Shown: positions 9,412 to 19,857, counted from the stretch's first letter. The stretch: 64,000 nt of DNA from Polyangiales bacterium (GCA_038230375.1 JBBRNJ010000038.1:14721-78720); one strand, 5' to 3'. Program-made: numbers and translations. Notes: generated by a model not told the origin, from the sequence alone.

Positions 9412-9825
9412 TCAGGGGTTGGGGGTGCCGCCGGGCGGACACGATGTGCCCGTACCCTTGCACTGGTTCTGGCCCGCGCACGAGTGCGCCATGGCACCAC
9501 ACGTGGCCTTCGTCACGCAGCCGCTCTTGCCCTTGCATTCGTTCTTGCCCATGCAGCAATCCTTCGGGGCCTGCTGCTGGTGCGCGGTTGTCCGCGGCCG
9601 TTTCACCACCCTGCCGCTCGCCGTTTCGTCCGTTGCGATCCCGAGCTCCCCCTCCGCAGGCGACGCCAGTGGCGTTCCAGTGCGCGCGTGCGCGGAAGGC
9701 GCCGCGGCGATCGGCGCCTCGATGGGCGCCGCAACCACTGGCGGCGGGTCCGTTCCACATCCCATTCCCGCCACGGCTGCAAGCATCGCGGCGCGAACCA
9801 CGCATCCGACACGGGTGACATCCAT
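9412..9825 (-). CDS. Small lipoprotein with twin CxGxNxCKG motifs (bufferin BufA2-like)
   Basis: Lipobox GMGC. C-terminus CCMGKNECKGKSGC...HSCAGQNQCKG. Confidence 0.65.
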   Translation of the reverse strand: MDVTRVGCVVRAAMLAAVAGMGCGTDPPPVVAAPIEAPIAAAPSAHARTGTPLASPAEGELGIATDETASGRVVKRPRTTAHQQQAPKDCCMGKNECKGKSGCVTKATCGAMAHSCAGQNQCKGTGTSCPPGGTPNP

Positions 9826-9905
9826 GGAAGAGAGACCTCCGCGACCCGAAATCCTTGGCGCCCACGACGAAGTGACGCGGCCGCCAACACAGGTATGATC
9901 CCACA

Positions 9906-10700
9906 ATGTCGCGCACGCGCGTAGCTGTCATCACTCTCTTCGCCGTGGCCAGCGCGATCGCCGCGGCCTGCGGGAGCTTCTCCGGCAGCGATCAGAGCGT
10001 CGGTGCCGACAGCGGAACGAACCAGGATGCAACGACGGAGGCCGGGAGCGGCCTCCACTTCTGCCAGATGCAGGACGCCGAGTACTGTACCGACTTCGAC
10101 ACTCCGAGCCTGCTCTACGCCCCTTTCGTGCCGTACACGACCGTCGACGCCTCACTCGCGGCAACCGACGCCGGCGCCGTTTCTCCCCCGACCGCGCTCG
10201 TGGCGGTCGCAGTTCCGTCGGTCCAGAACGCTGACCCGCTGGGCGAGGCCGTCATCGGCCTCCAGGCAGTGTCCCTCGGCACGGGGCGACAGATCGAGCT
10301 CGACATCCGCGTCCTCGATCCGAAGACCGGCGGCATTGTCGTACAGCTCTATGGCGTCCAGGCGGACGGAGGTTTGTCGAGCGGCGGTTTCGTCGTCACG
10401 GGCGTGAATGGGGGGGTCTATGCGGCGAGCTTCTATCTCGACGGCGGCGAGGTCGGCTCGCAGGGTATCGTGTCTTCCGCCCAGGACAATCCGCCGATGC
10501 ACCTCAGGATCGAGCTGACCCCGGTCGACGGCGGCGCCACGTTCCTCGTGCATGCAACCATCAGCGGGAAAGCGCTCGACCAGCCCGCCCCCGTGCTCGT
10601 CCCCGGCGTGTTCACCGACATGCGGATCGCAGTGGGCGCGCAGGCGTCGCTAAATTCGCCCCCATTTCGCGTGGAACTCGACAACGTCGTCGTTCGCTGA
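9906..10700 (+). CDS. Hypothetical lipoprotein (beta-rich)
   Basis: Lipobox AAAC, FC...YCTDFD motif, C-terminal LDNVVVR. Similar architecture to the gene at 49622-50449. Confidence 0.75.
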   Translation: MSRTRVAVITLFAVASAIAAACGSFSGSDQSVGADSGTNQDATTEAGSGLHFCQMQDAEYCTDFDTPSLLYAPFVPYTTVDASLAATDAGAVSPPTALVAVAVPSVQNADPLGEAVIGLQAVSLGTGRQIELDIRVLDPKTGGIVVQLYGVQADGGLSSGGFVVTGVNGGVYAASFYLDGGEVGSQGIVSSAQDNPPMHLRIELTPVDGGATFLVHATISGKALDQPAPVLVPGVFTDMRIAVGAQASLNSPPFRVELDNVVVR

Positions 10701-10724
10701 TCTCGCTGGTAAGCTCCTGCCCGC

Positions 10725-11540
10725 ATGAGCGAGCCGCTCGATACGGACGTGGCGATCGAGACGCCCGAGCACATCGTCTTCCAGTGGAAGGTGGCGGGCC
10801 CCGGACGGCGCGCGGCTGCGTACGCGATCGACATCTTCGTCTGCTACTTCGTGGTCGCAGTCGTCGGCTTCATCGTGATCGTCGCGCTGAGCGCAGGGAG
10901 CGCGGTCACGGTCGGGGGCAGCGTGGAGGAGGTGGGGAAGGCGGGCGTCGGTATCCTCCTGGTGCTGCTCTTCCTCGCACAATGGGGCTACTTCACCGCG
11001 CTCGAGGCGACGCGCGGCGCGACCATCGGCAAGAGCGCGCTCGGCCTTCGCGTGGTCACCACCATGGGCCGCCCCATCGGCTTCTCGGCTTCCCTCCTCC
11101 GCAACCTGCTGCGCGCGGCGGACGCGCTGCCGTTCGGCTACATCGCGGGCGTCGTTGCCATGGCGCTCACGCGGCGCTTCCAGCGCATGGGTGATCTCGT
11201 GGCGGGCACCATGGTGGTCCGCACGGAGCGTGCGAGCGCGACCCGCCCGATCATACTGCGGCCGCCGCCGACGCCCGCGGAGCTGCGCGAGCTGCCTGAC
11301 GACGTGCGCCTGGATCCGGAAGAGCGCGCCGCGTTCGAGCTCTTCTTGCGCCGCGATCATGCGCTGGGCGGCGCACGCCGCGACGAGCTCGCGAGCCTGC
11401 TCTCGGACATGTTGACGCGGCGCTTTGGCGTGAAGCAGATACCGCCCGCGCGCGCCATTGCGCTCATCTACGATCAGGCCGTCAACGCGGGCCGCGCGGA
11501 AGGCCCAGCCTCTTCGCGCGGGGCAGCGTCATGGCGCTAG
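10725..11540 (+). CDS. RDD family membrane protein
   Basis: IETPE, RRAAAYAID, TIGK..LGLRVV, RNLLR..D and QRMGDLVAGT motifs. Confidence 0.92.
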   Translation: MSEPLDTDVAIETPEHIVFQWKVAGPGRRAAAYAIDIFVCYFVVAVVGFIVIVALSAGSAVTVGGSVEEVGKAGVGILLVLLFLAQWGYFTALEATRGATIGKSALGLRVVTTMGRPIGFSASLLRNLLRAADALPFGYIAGVVAMALTRRFQRMGDLVAGTMVVRTERASATRPIILRPPPTPAELRELPDDVRLDPEERAAFELFLRRDHALGGARRDELASLLSDMLTRRFGVKQIPPARAIALIYDQAVNAGRAEGPASSRGAASWR

Positions 11541-12544
11541 TCTCCGCCGTCACGGAGCGCGCGTTCATCGAGCGCCGCGAGAAGGACTGGAACCAGCTCG
11601 AGGCCATCGTGCGCATCGTGGACGCGCGCGGGCTTCGCCACCTTGGACCGCTGGAGCTCCGTCAGCTGTCACCGCTCTACAGGGACGTGTGCGCGGACCT
11701 CGCGCGCGCGAAGGCGTCACACTACTCGCCGCCGCTGCTCGACTACCTCACGGGCCTGGTCGCCCACGCACATGGCGTGATGTACGGCGCACACGCGCGT
11801 GGAGGGAAGACGGCGCGCCGCGGTGAGGCCGGCCTGTTCCGCGTTCGCGATCTCTATGCAGCGTTTCCACGCGCGATCCGCAAGCGCTGGCGCTCCATGG
11901 CCATCGCCGCGGCGCTGTTCATCTTGCCGTTCGTGTTCGGCCTGGTGATGTCGTCCATCCATCCGGAGTTCGCGTTCCGCGTGGCGCCGGAGGACATGCT
12001 CAAGCCGCTGACGGAGGCCTATCAGAAGGGCTTCAACGGTCGCGGTAGCGGTGAGAACACGATGATGGCCGGGTTCTACGTGAACAACAACATCGGCATC
12101 GCGCTGCGTTGCTTCGCGCTCGGGATCTTCGGCGGCATCGGCTCGGCCTTCTACCTGGTACACAACGGGCTCGCGACGGGTGCGATCCTCGGGTACGTCG
12201 CGTCGCAGGGCGCAGGCCAGAACATCTTCACCTTTGTGGTGGGGCACTCCACGTTCGAGCTGGGCGCGATCATCATCGCAGGCGGCGGCGGCCTCTCCAT
12301 GGGCTGGTCCGTCGTGTCACCGGGCGACAAGACACGCCTCGACTCGCTGCGCGCAGCCGCGGGTGAGCTCGTTGTCATCGCCACGGGCGCCACGGTGATG
12401 CTGCTCATCGCCGCGGGCATCGAAGGCTTCTGGTCCGCGTCGAGCATTCCCGAGGTGGTGAAGCGCATCGTGGGCATCCTGAACTTCCTGCTCGTGGGCA
12501 GCTACATCCTCTTCGCAGGCCGAAAGAAGGCCGTGGCGACATGA
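11531..12544 (+). CDS. Stage II sporulation protein M (SpoIIM/DUF95) family
   Basis: Y...CADLARA, NNI.IA, H..FEL.AI and IAAGIEGF motifs. Confidence 0.9.
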   Translation: MALVSAVTERAFIERREKDWNQLEAIVRIVDARGLRHLGPLELRQLSPLYRDVCADLARAKASHYSPPLLDYLTGLVAHAHGVMYGAHARGGKTARRGEAGLFRVRDLYAAFPRAIRKRWRSMAIAAALFILPFVFGLVMSSIHPEFAFRVAPEDMLKPLTEAYQKGFNGRGSGENTMMAGFYVNNNIGIALRCFALGIFGGIGSAFYLVHNGLATGAILGYVASQGAGQNIFTFVVGHSTFELGAIIIAGGGGLSMGWSVVSPGDKTRLDSLRAAAGELVVIATGATVMLLIAAGIEGFWSASSIPEVVKRIVGILNFLLVGSYILFAGRKKAVAT

Positions 12545-13323
12545 ATGTGGCGGAGGCACGCGTCGCGCTACGAGAGCGCAGCCTGTGGGACGTCCTGGAC
12601 GTCGCCCTCCGCTTCTTCGTGGCCAACGCGCGCGCGTACATCTGGCCGTCGCTCCTGTGCGTGGTCCCATCGGCTGCCCTCTCCACGCTTGTGGGCAGCG
12701 CCGCGGGCCCGGAGTGGGGCTGGTTCACGGCGGTGGGTCTGTCGCTCTTCGCCGCCACGCCGGTCACCGTCATGACGTCGCGCCTGGTGTTCGACGCACG
12801 CCCGAAGACGGGTGAGATCCTCGTCACCTCCATCGGCAAGAGCCTCGCGCTCCTGCCGCTCCGCATTCTCCAGCTCGTCCTCGTCGGCATGGGCATCGTG
12901 TTCTTCGTCATCCCGGGCGCGTGGCTCGCTGTCCTGTTCTTCACGGCACCAGAGATCATGATCGCGGAGAGCTCCGGCCCCATCGCAACCTTCTCGCGCG
13001 CGCAGCGCATCATCGGCGCGGCGTTCGGTGACATGGCCGTGATGTCGATCGTGGTGCTGGTCGGGCGGCTCGTGGCGGTGATTGTCCTGGACGTGTCCGC
13101 GCGCGCGCTGCTCACCGACCTGCTCCAGGTGAGCGCCCCTCCGCCGGTCTGGGAGTCCTACGGCGGCGTGATCTCGTACACCGCATTCTTCCTGGTGCTG
13201 CCGCTCGAGGCCGTCGCCCGCTTCTTCTCGTACCTCAACGTGCGTACCAAGACCGAGGGCTGGGACATCCAGGCCCGCTTCCTGGAGATCGCGCGCCGCA
13301 GCGAGGAAGGTGCGCCGTCATGA
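12541..13323 (+). CDS. Membrane protein of the MoxR cluster
   Basis: LRER...DVLD start, several TM segments, YLNVRTKTEGWDI motif. Confidence 0.8.
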   Translation: MNVAEARVALRERSLWDVLDVALRFFVANARAYIWPSLLCVVPSAALSTLVGSAAGPEWGWFTAVGLSLFAATPVTVMTSRLVFDARPKTGEILVTSIGKSLALLPLRILQLVLVGMGIVFFVIPGAWLAVLFFTAPEIMIAESSGPIATFSRAQRIIGAAFGDMAVMSIVVLVGRLVAVIVLDVSARALLTDLLQVSAPPPVWESYGGVISYTAFFLVLPLEAVARFFSYLNVRTKTEGWDIQARFLEIARRSEEGAPS

Positions 13324-15311
13324 GGGCAAGCTTTGCGCTCTCCTTCATGCTGTGCGCGTTCGCCGGCGTCTTGCCCGCGCGTGAGGCATTCGCCGCGCAC
13401 AAGCCGCCCGCAGCAGCGGACATCGCCGTGAAGGACGCGATGGGCAGCGGACAACATGCATTCTGCACGCATCCACCAAAGCTCCTCGACGACACGGATC
13501 AGGCGCTGTGCCCGCTCGCAAAGGAGACGGCCGGCTGTGAGGCCCTTGCGGCCGTGTGTGACAAGCAGGCGCCGCCGAAGGCCGAAGAGGCCAGGAGCGA
13601 CCCGAGCACGCCGAAGATCCCGAAGGAGCTCGGCACGATCGCGATGGTGCTCACGGCATTGATCGTCCTGGCGGTGCTCGTGGGCCTGCTCTTGCCCGTG
13701 TTGCTCGCATACCTGCGCAGCCGCCGCGACGACTCGCTGCGCGACCTCACTCCTCCGCAGCCGCACGCACCGGACGCCGCGCCGCCTCCAGAGCGTGGTC
13801 CCGTCATCACGGATGCCGAGCGGCTGCTCGCGCTCGCGAACGACCTTGCTGCGCGCGGCCAATCGAAGGAGGCGCTGGGCACCTACCTGACCGCCTCCTT
13901 ACGCGCCCTGGACCACCGCGGTGTGATCCGGTTCGCGCGACACCGTACGAATGGCGAGTACGTCCGCTCGTGCGCGGATGCCAAGGCGCGCACGGAGCTC
14001 TCCTCCGTGGTGCGCGAGGTGGAAGAGGTCGAGTTCGGCGGGCACGAGCCCTCGGCGGAGTCCATCTCCCACGTGCAGCGAAGCGCGACGGCCCTGGTGC
14101 GCGCGGCAATGCTGGCAGCGTCCGTCGTGATGCTCGCGCTCTTCTCTGCCGGATGCGACGCCGGCTCTCATCCGCGCACCGAGAACGATCCCGCGGGCAA
14201 GCAGCTGCTCCTGGACGTGCTGGAGCGGCAAGGCCTGCAGGCAAGCTACCTGTCGGGATCCATCGGGTCCCTGCCCATTCCGCAGGAGGACGACCTCACG
14301 CCGCTCGTGGTGCTCGACCTGTCCGTCACCAAGCTGGACGAGGACGCGCGCTCGCACCTGCTCCGGTGGGTCGGCGCGGGCGGCCTGCTCCTGGCGCTGG
14401 AGCCGCGCGCCGACATGGAGGACACGCTTGCCGTCACGTCCGCTTCGTCGAAGGAGCGCGACGTCACCGTGTTGCTGGACGATCCCTACCAGCACGAGGT
14501 GTTCACGTACCCGGCGCGCCTGAACGTTGGACGAACCCTGCACCTGCGTGACCGCGGCGCGAAGAAGGACGACAACGAGCAGCTGACGCGCGAGGTCGTC
14601 GCGACGATGGGCCTGACCGAGGACGCAGAGGACGACGACGCCTACGCGATCGAAGAGTCCCTGGGTCGCGGCGCGATCGTCACGGTCGCCACGGCGGACC
14701 TCTTCACGAACGTCGGGCTCTCGCACGGAGAGAACGCGAAGGCCGTGATGGCGCTGGTGGAGCGCGCGTTCGCCGCCACGCGTGATGGCAACCTGCGCAG
14801 CTACCACGAGCACCCCATCGTCATCGCGCGGCCGCAGTCGGGTCTCACTCCGCCGGGCAACCCGCTGTCCGCGCTCTCCCAGGCCGGGCTGGGCATGGGA
14901 ATGTGGCATGCGCTCGCCGCTGCGCTGGTCCTCTTTCTTGCGGTGGGCGTGAGACAGGCGCGCCCCAGGCCCGCGCCGCCGCCTGCGCGCCGCGCCTTCG
15001 CCGAGCACGTGGAGGCCACCGGCGCTCTCTACGCAAAGGCCCGCGCGGCCAGCCACGCCCGTACGATACTTGCAAAATACACGGATGATCGCGTCCGGCA
15101 GAAGACCACGCAGAAGCTCTTTGCAGGCACCCCGGACGAGGACCCCTTCCTGCTCCTCACTGGCAAGTCTGCCGCGGAGTACAAGGATCTCGTTTCCACC
15201 GACACCGCCGACGAGATGACGGAGCTGCGCAGGATGCGTGAGCTCCGTCGCGTGCTCGCAAAGCTCTCACCTGTCCCTCACAGCCACCCCGAAAAAAAGG
15301 ACCCTTCGTGA
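13320..15311 (+). CDS. DUF4129 + DUF4350 domain protein
   Basis: RTNGEY...EFGG (DUF4129-like). LLRWV.AGG, G.G.IV..A..DLFTN and EHVEA.GALY (DUF4350-like). Confidence 0.75.
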   Translation: MRASFALSFMLCAFAGVLPAREAFAAHKPPAAADIAVKDAMGSGQHAFCTHPPKLLDDTDQALCPLAKETAGCEALAAVCDKQAPPKAEEARSDPSTPKIPKELGTIAMVLTALIVLAVLVGLLLPVLLAYLRSRRDDSLRDLTPPQPHAPDAAPPPERGPVITDAERLLALANDLAARGQSKEALGTYLTASLRALDHRGVIRFARHRTNGEYVRSCADAKARTELSSVVREVEEVEFGGHEPSAESISHVQRSATALVRAAMLAASVVMLALFSAGCDAGSHPRTENDPAGKQLLLDVLERQGLQASYLSGSIGSLPIPQEDDLTPLVVLDLSVTKLDEDARSHLLRWVGAGGLLLALEPRADMEDTLAVTSASSKERDVTVLLDDPYQHEVFTYPARLNVGRTLHLRDRGAKKDDNEQLTREVVATMGLTEDAEDDDAYAIEESLGRGAIVTVATADLFTNVGLSHGENAKAVMALVERAFAATRDGNLRSYHEHPIVIARPQSGLTPPGNPLSALSQAGLGMGMWHALAAALVLFLAVGVRQARPRPAPPPARRAFAEHVEATGALYAKARAASHARTILAKYTDDRVRQKTTQKLFAGTPDEDPFLLLTGKSAAEYKDLVSTDTADEMTELRRMRELRRVLAKLSPVPHSHPEKKDPS

Positions 15312-16267
15312 CGCCTCAAGCCTTCTCGGAAACCTTCACGCGCGTGACCACGGAGATGCACAAGGCCATCATCGGCCAGGACGAGCTCGTCTTCGGGCTG
15401 CTCGTCGCGACCGTCGCGCGCGGACACGTGCTTGTCGAGGGCGCGCCCGGCCTGGGGAAGACGCTCGTGGCGCGTGCGTTGGCCGTGGTCTCCGGGCTGG
15501 CGTTCAAGCGGATCCAGTTCACGCCGGACCTCATGCCCAGCGACATCACCGGCTCATCGATCTACGACCGCCAGAGCGGCGCGTTTGCGTTCGTCCCCGG
15601 CCCCATCTTCACGCAGCTCCTGCTCGCGGACGAGATCAACCGCGCACCGGCGAAGACGCAGTCCGCGCTGCTGGAGGCCATGCAGGATCGCACGGTCACC
15701 GTGGACGGCAACACGCGCCCGCTGCCACCGGTGTTCACTGTGGTCGCCACCCAGAACCCGATCGAGAGCCAGGGCACGTATCCGCTGCCCGAGGCGCAGC
15801 TGGATCGCTTCCTCATGAAGCTCAAGGTGGACGACCCGCCGGCCGATGAAGAGGCGAAGATCGTGCGGCGCCACGCGGACGGCTTCGATCCGGGCGATCT
15901 CCGCACGCTCGCCGCCGTCACGAGCGAGCCGGAGCTGGTGGCCATGCACGCGCTCGCGCAGAAGGTCCGCATCGACGACGCGATCGTCGGCTACATCGTG
16001 GACCTGGTCCGCCGCACGCGGCACGATCGCTCGCTGGAGCTGGGCGCGTCGCCCCGCGCTTCCATCGCCATGCTCCGCTGCGGGCAGGTCGTGGCCGCGG
16101 CCGCGGGGCGCGACTTTGTCACCCCGGACGACGTGAAGTGGATGGCGAAGCCCATCCTGCGACATCGCGTGATGCTCCACCCCGACGCGGAGCTACAAGG
16201 CATCAGCGCGGACGAGCGCGTGGACGACATCCTCAAGGCGGCGCCCGTGCCGCGAATCGCCGCATAA
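15308..16267 (+). CDS. moxR: MoxR family AAA+ ATPase
   Basis: GAPGLGKT, RIQFTPDLMPSD, LADEINR and ATQNPIE..GTYPLPEAQLDRF motifs. Confidence 0.96.
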   Translation: MTPQAFSETFTRVTTEMHKAIIGQDELVFGLLVATVARGHVLVEGAPGLGKTLVARALAVVSGLAFKRIQFTPDLMPSDITGSSIYDRQSGAFAFVPGPIFTQLLLADEINRAPAKTQSALLEAMQDRTVTVDGNTRPLPPVFTVVATQNPIESQGTYPLPEAQLDRFLMKLKVDDPPADEEAKIVRRHADGFDPGDLRTLAAVTSEPELVAMHALAQKVRIDDAIVGYIVDLVRRTRHDRSLELGASPRASIAMLRCGQVVAAAAGRDFVTPDDVKWMAKPILRHRVMLHPDAELQGISADERVDDILKAAPVPRIAA

Positions 16268-16268
16268 C

Positions 16269-17579
16269 GTGAGGTTCGTTCCCACGAAGCGGCTTGCAGG
16301 GCTCGGTTTCGTCGCGGCAGCGCTCGCGACGGTGGCCGGATACCTGCCGCAGGCGGCCACCTCGGTGTGGTTGCTGGACGGCGCGCTCGTGCTTCTTGCG
16401 CTCGTGGATCTCTTGCTCGTGCGGAAGGCGCGCCTGTCGGTGTCGCGCAACGCGCCGCAGATCTTCTCCGTGGGGCGCGCGAACGGCGTGTCGCTGGAGA
16501 TCCGGAACGACAGCAACCGACGCATCCGCGGGACCATCACGGACGACCCCGTCGAGAGCGCGGAGCTTCTGGGCATGCCCGCCCCGCTTTCGCTCGGCGC
16601 CCGCGAGCACAAGACGCTGCGCTACGACGTGATGCCCACGCGCCGCGGAGCGCGTACGTTCGGCGACGTCACTGTTCGCTACGACTCACCGCTGGGCTTG
16701 ATTTCCAGGCAAGAACGCCTGTCCGCGCCTGGCTCGTTCGACGTGTACCCGGACGTACATGCAGCGCGCGCACTGGACCTGCTCCGTCGTCAGGGACGGA
16801 AGGACGCAACGCTCGGCAGCCTGCGGGTGCGCGGCGGCGACACGGAGTTCGAGCGCCTCCGCCCCTACCAGCGCGGCGACGAGGTCCGCCATGTTGACTG
16901 GCGCGCCACCGCACGCCGCGACGACATGACCGTGCGGCAGTTCCAGGCGGAGAGCGATCAGAACGTCGTGTTCGCCATCGACACGGGCCGCGGCATGCGC
17001 GGGGAGTCCGCCGGCATCACGCACATCGATCGGGCGCTCAACGCGGCGCTCCTGGCCGCGGACGTGGCGCTGCGCGGCGGCGACAAGGCTGGCATGCTCG
17101 CGTTCGACGATATCCCGCGGACCTTCTTGCGCCCCACCAATGGCGCCTCCGCAGGCCGGAAGATCGCGCGCGCATCCCACGCGCTGGAGGCGGGCCTCTC
17201 CGCAACGGACTACCGCGCGGCCATGACCTTCCTGAAGACGGAGCTGCGCACGCGCTCACTGCTCGTCGTCTTCACGAACCTGCTGGAGCCGCGCGCCGCG
17301 AAGGAGCTCGCGTCGGCCATGAAGATGCTGATGCCGCGGCACTTGCCGCTGTGCATCTTGATGCAGGATCCGGAGCTCACCGCGCTGGCCTCCGGCGACG
17401 TGGAGACCCAGGGCGACCTCTACGTCCGCGCGGCCGCCGCGGAGAACCTCTCGTTCCGCGACGGCATCCTGAGGCAGCTCCGCGCGAGCGGCGTGCTCTG
17501 CCTGGACGCGCGACCGGAGGAGATGACCCCCGCGCTGGTGAACCGCTACCTGGAGGTCAAGGCGCGGCGGCTGCTCTGA
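16269..17579 (+). CDS. DUF58 domain protein
   Basis: EFERLRPYQRGDEVRHVDWRATAR and IDTGRGM motifs. Confidence 0.93.
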   Translation: MRFVPTKRLAGLGFVAAALATVAGYLPQAATSVWLLDGALVLLALVDLLLVRKARLSVSRNAPQIFSVGRANGVSLEIRNDSNRRIRGTITDDPVESAELLGMPAPLSLGAREHKTLRYDVMPTRRGARTFGDVTVRYDSPLGLISRQERLSAPGSFDVYPDVHAARALDLLRRQGRKDATLGSLRVRGGDTEFERLRPYQRGDEVRHVDWRATARRDDMTVRQFQAESDQNVVFAIDTGRGMRGESAGITHIDRALNAALLAADVALRGGDKAGMLAFDDIPRTFLRPTNGASAGRKIARASHALEAGLSATDYRAAMTFLKTELRTRSLLVVFTNLLEPRAAKELASAMKMLMPRHLPLCILMQDPELTALASGDVETQGDLYVRAAAAENLSFRDGILRQLRASGVLCLDARPEEMTPALVNRYLEVKARRLL

Positions 17580-17647
17580 GATAGGGCGCGGGCGCCCCGT
17601 GGAGGCATGGCGTGACGAACGGGAAAAATGCGCTATAGACAGCGCCG

Positions 17648-19282
17648 ATGATGCTCCGCCGCACGGGTTTCTCCCTCGTCCTCGCCCTTGCAACTTCGTT
17701 TGCCTGGGCAAGCCAGGGATGCGGCTCGGACAGCAACGGCGCGGGCGGCACGGGCGACGGCGCAGACGCTGGCAACAACCAGGGCAACGGCGGAAGCGAC
17801 GGAGGCTCTGGGACTGGCACCGACGGAGGCCCAGGCACCGACGGCGGGGCAGGCACCGACGGCGGCGTGGTCGCGTCCGGCCCTCCCCCCTCCAGTTTGC
17901 CTGTATCTTACACGCGTCCCGACGTGGGCACGCCCCTGACGCCAGCGGAGCTCGCTGCCGCGACCGATCAGCTCGTCGCGCTCATCAAGGACACGCACTA
18001 CTTCGACACGGTGGAGTCGCGCGTGCATGGACTGCCCGAGAGCGATCCCGCGCACGGCTATTTCTTCGGCACATGGTGGAGCGGCGTCTCCGTGGAGAAG
18101 AAGGCCGGCGCGGTGACCTACCACCACGCGGCAGACGGCGCGGACAACAACCCGATGCGCTCGGCCCCCTATCTCGAGGGCTCCTGCTATGCGCACCTCA
18201 TGTGGGGCACTGCACAGACCGCGCATCTGGTTCGAACCCTCACGCGCGGCTACACGTCCGCATCGCTCGGCATGCAGCGCAAGGCCAACGACGAGGCGAT
18301 CCTTGCGCGCTCGGTCTTCCCGCCCAGCATCCTGTCCACGGACAACGGCCGCTCGGTCATGCTCGACTACTCGCTCGACCGTCCCGGCACGGACGGCAAC
18401 TCGCTCTTCGTACACCTTCCGGCGAACCCGACGTTCGGCGACATCTACGTTCAGAACAACCGCTCCAAGGACGACCAGGGGCAGGTGTTCCGCTCGATCA
18501 TCCAGGCGGGCGCCTGCACGCCGCGTGTGGCCCCCGCGTCGCAGGCGGAGTTCGCGCAGATGAAGACGCTCTACGCTGCATACTCGAAGCAGGTGGAGAC
18601 GGACAACTGGGCCATCGCCACGATCGACCAAGGCCTCAACGTGACCATCGCGCCCGCGACCGACACGAAGTCGCACTACACGCTCATCGGAAACGTGGAG
18701 TGCCCCGGCGCGCTCATGATGCGCCTCGCCGCGGACGGCAACCCCGGCACGCTCGACTGCGGCAACGGGATCAGCAGCACGGAGTCACTCACGCGCTCGA
18801 GCCTGAAGGGCGACGCGCTCCAGATCCTGCGCACGCACCACGAGGCGGCCGTGAACTGGGCGCTCGCTACGGGTCAGAAGACCGTCGCGCTGTCCCTGCT
18901 TTCTGGCTTTGCATCGCGCGTCGAGACCGACCTCGTGGACGCACAGAAGCCCAGCCCGCCAGCGAACGTGAACCCGGACGACATCGTGACGGAGGTCCTG
19001 CACGCCGCGAACACCGGCGTTCCGCTCACCTCGCAGGAGGTGCGGTTCGTGCTCGCGCACCTTGCGACCGCGTATGCCAGCTACCGGACCCCCGCAATGG
19101 CGCCCACCTATGCCGTGTTCGACGCGGCCACGCCGGACGGGATGTACTCGTACGATGTCGGCGCGGCGGGGATGTTCTATTCGGACATCGGGCTCATCAT
19201 TGGCTCATGCGCGTCGCCGTACCGGAACCCCACGGGTCGTCCCATCGTTGATTGCGCGCGCCTCCTTTCCGCGCTCCCGTGA
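17648..19282 (+). CDS. Large hypothetical lipoprotein
   Basis: Lipobox SQGC, TDGG-repeat linker, ~460-aa globular region, strong codon bias. Confidence 0.8.
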   Translation: MMLRRTGFSLVLALATSFAWASQGCGSDSNGAGGTGDGADAGNNQGNGGSDGGSGTGTDGGPGTDGGAGTDGGVVASGPPPSSLPVSYTRPDVGTPLTPAELAAATDQLVALIKDTHYFDTVESRVHGLPESDPAHGYFFGTWWSGVSVEKKAGAVTYHHAADGADNNPMRSAPYLEGSCYAHLMWGTAQTAHLVRTLTRGYTSASLGMQRKANDEAILARSVFPPSILSTDNGRSVMLDYSLDRPGTDGNSLFVHLPANPTFGDIYVQNNRSKDDQGQVFRSIIQAGACTPRVAPASQAEFAQMKTLYAAYSKQVETDNWAIATIDQGLNVTIAPATDTKSHYTLIGNVECPGALMMRLAADGNPGTLDCGNGISSTESLTRSSLKGDALQILRTHHEAAVNWALATGQKTVALSLLSGFASRVETDLVDAQKPSPPANVNPDDIVTEVLHAANTGVPLTSQEVRFVLAHLATAYASYRTPAMAPTYAVFDAATPDGMYSYDVGAAGMFYSDIGLIIGSCASPYRNPTGRPIVDCARLLSALP

Positions 19283-19304
19283 TGGACAGATTGCGTAAGC
19301 GCGA

Positions 19305-19856
19305 CTACGGCAGCTTGAGCGCGTCCTGGCAGCTCTGCGCGTCTATCGTGCCGGTGAGCCACGAGAGCATGCACCGGTCCTGTGCGTCGCCGCGGACAAT
19401 GACCGCGCCGCCCTTGTGCTCCTGTGAGTTGCGCGCCTTCTGCACCATGGTCAGGCGCTCGGGGTTCTTGCCGCCGTCCTGGACGACCGCGGCCAGGGTC
19501 TCGGGCTCCAGCCCACACACGCTGCCGTAGTCAGCCTCGTACTCGTTTGCCGTCGCGAAGAGCGGACCCGCCTTCGTGGGCTCGTCGCCACCGGCGAGGC
19601 GCAGGCCGGACGCGCCGTAGATCTTCAGGTTGCGCCCCGGCTGACCATGGCAATCCAGCGAGCCGCACCGAGCGATCATCATGTTTGCGAGCGGCTTGAA
19701 CGTGGCGGGGTCGGGGAACTTGCCCACGGTCCGCCCGTTCGCGTCGGGCGCAGAGCAACCGCTGTTGCCAAGAGTGGCACATGCGAACAGAGCAACGATC
19801 AGCATGGGGAGGCCCCACCGCACGATTGATCTGATAGTTGCATAATACATGTTCAT
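19305..19856 (-). CDS. Exported protein with atypical heme motif CX4CH
   Basis: Signal/lipobox segment, RCGSLDCHG, distal HKGG. Start may be a later Met. Confidence 0.7.
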   Translation of the reverse strand: MNMYYATIRSIVRWGLPMLIVALFACATLGNSGCSAPDANGRTVGKFPDPATFKPLANMMIARCGSLDCHGQPGRNLKIYGASGLRLAGGDEPTKAGPLFATANEYEADYGSVCGLEPETLAAVVQDGGKNPERLTMVQKARNSQEHKGGAVIVRGDAQDRCMLSWLTGTIDAQSCQDALKLP

Positions 19857-19857
19857 A

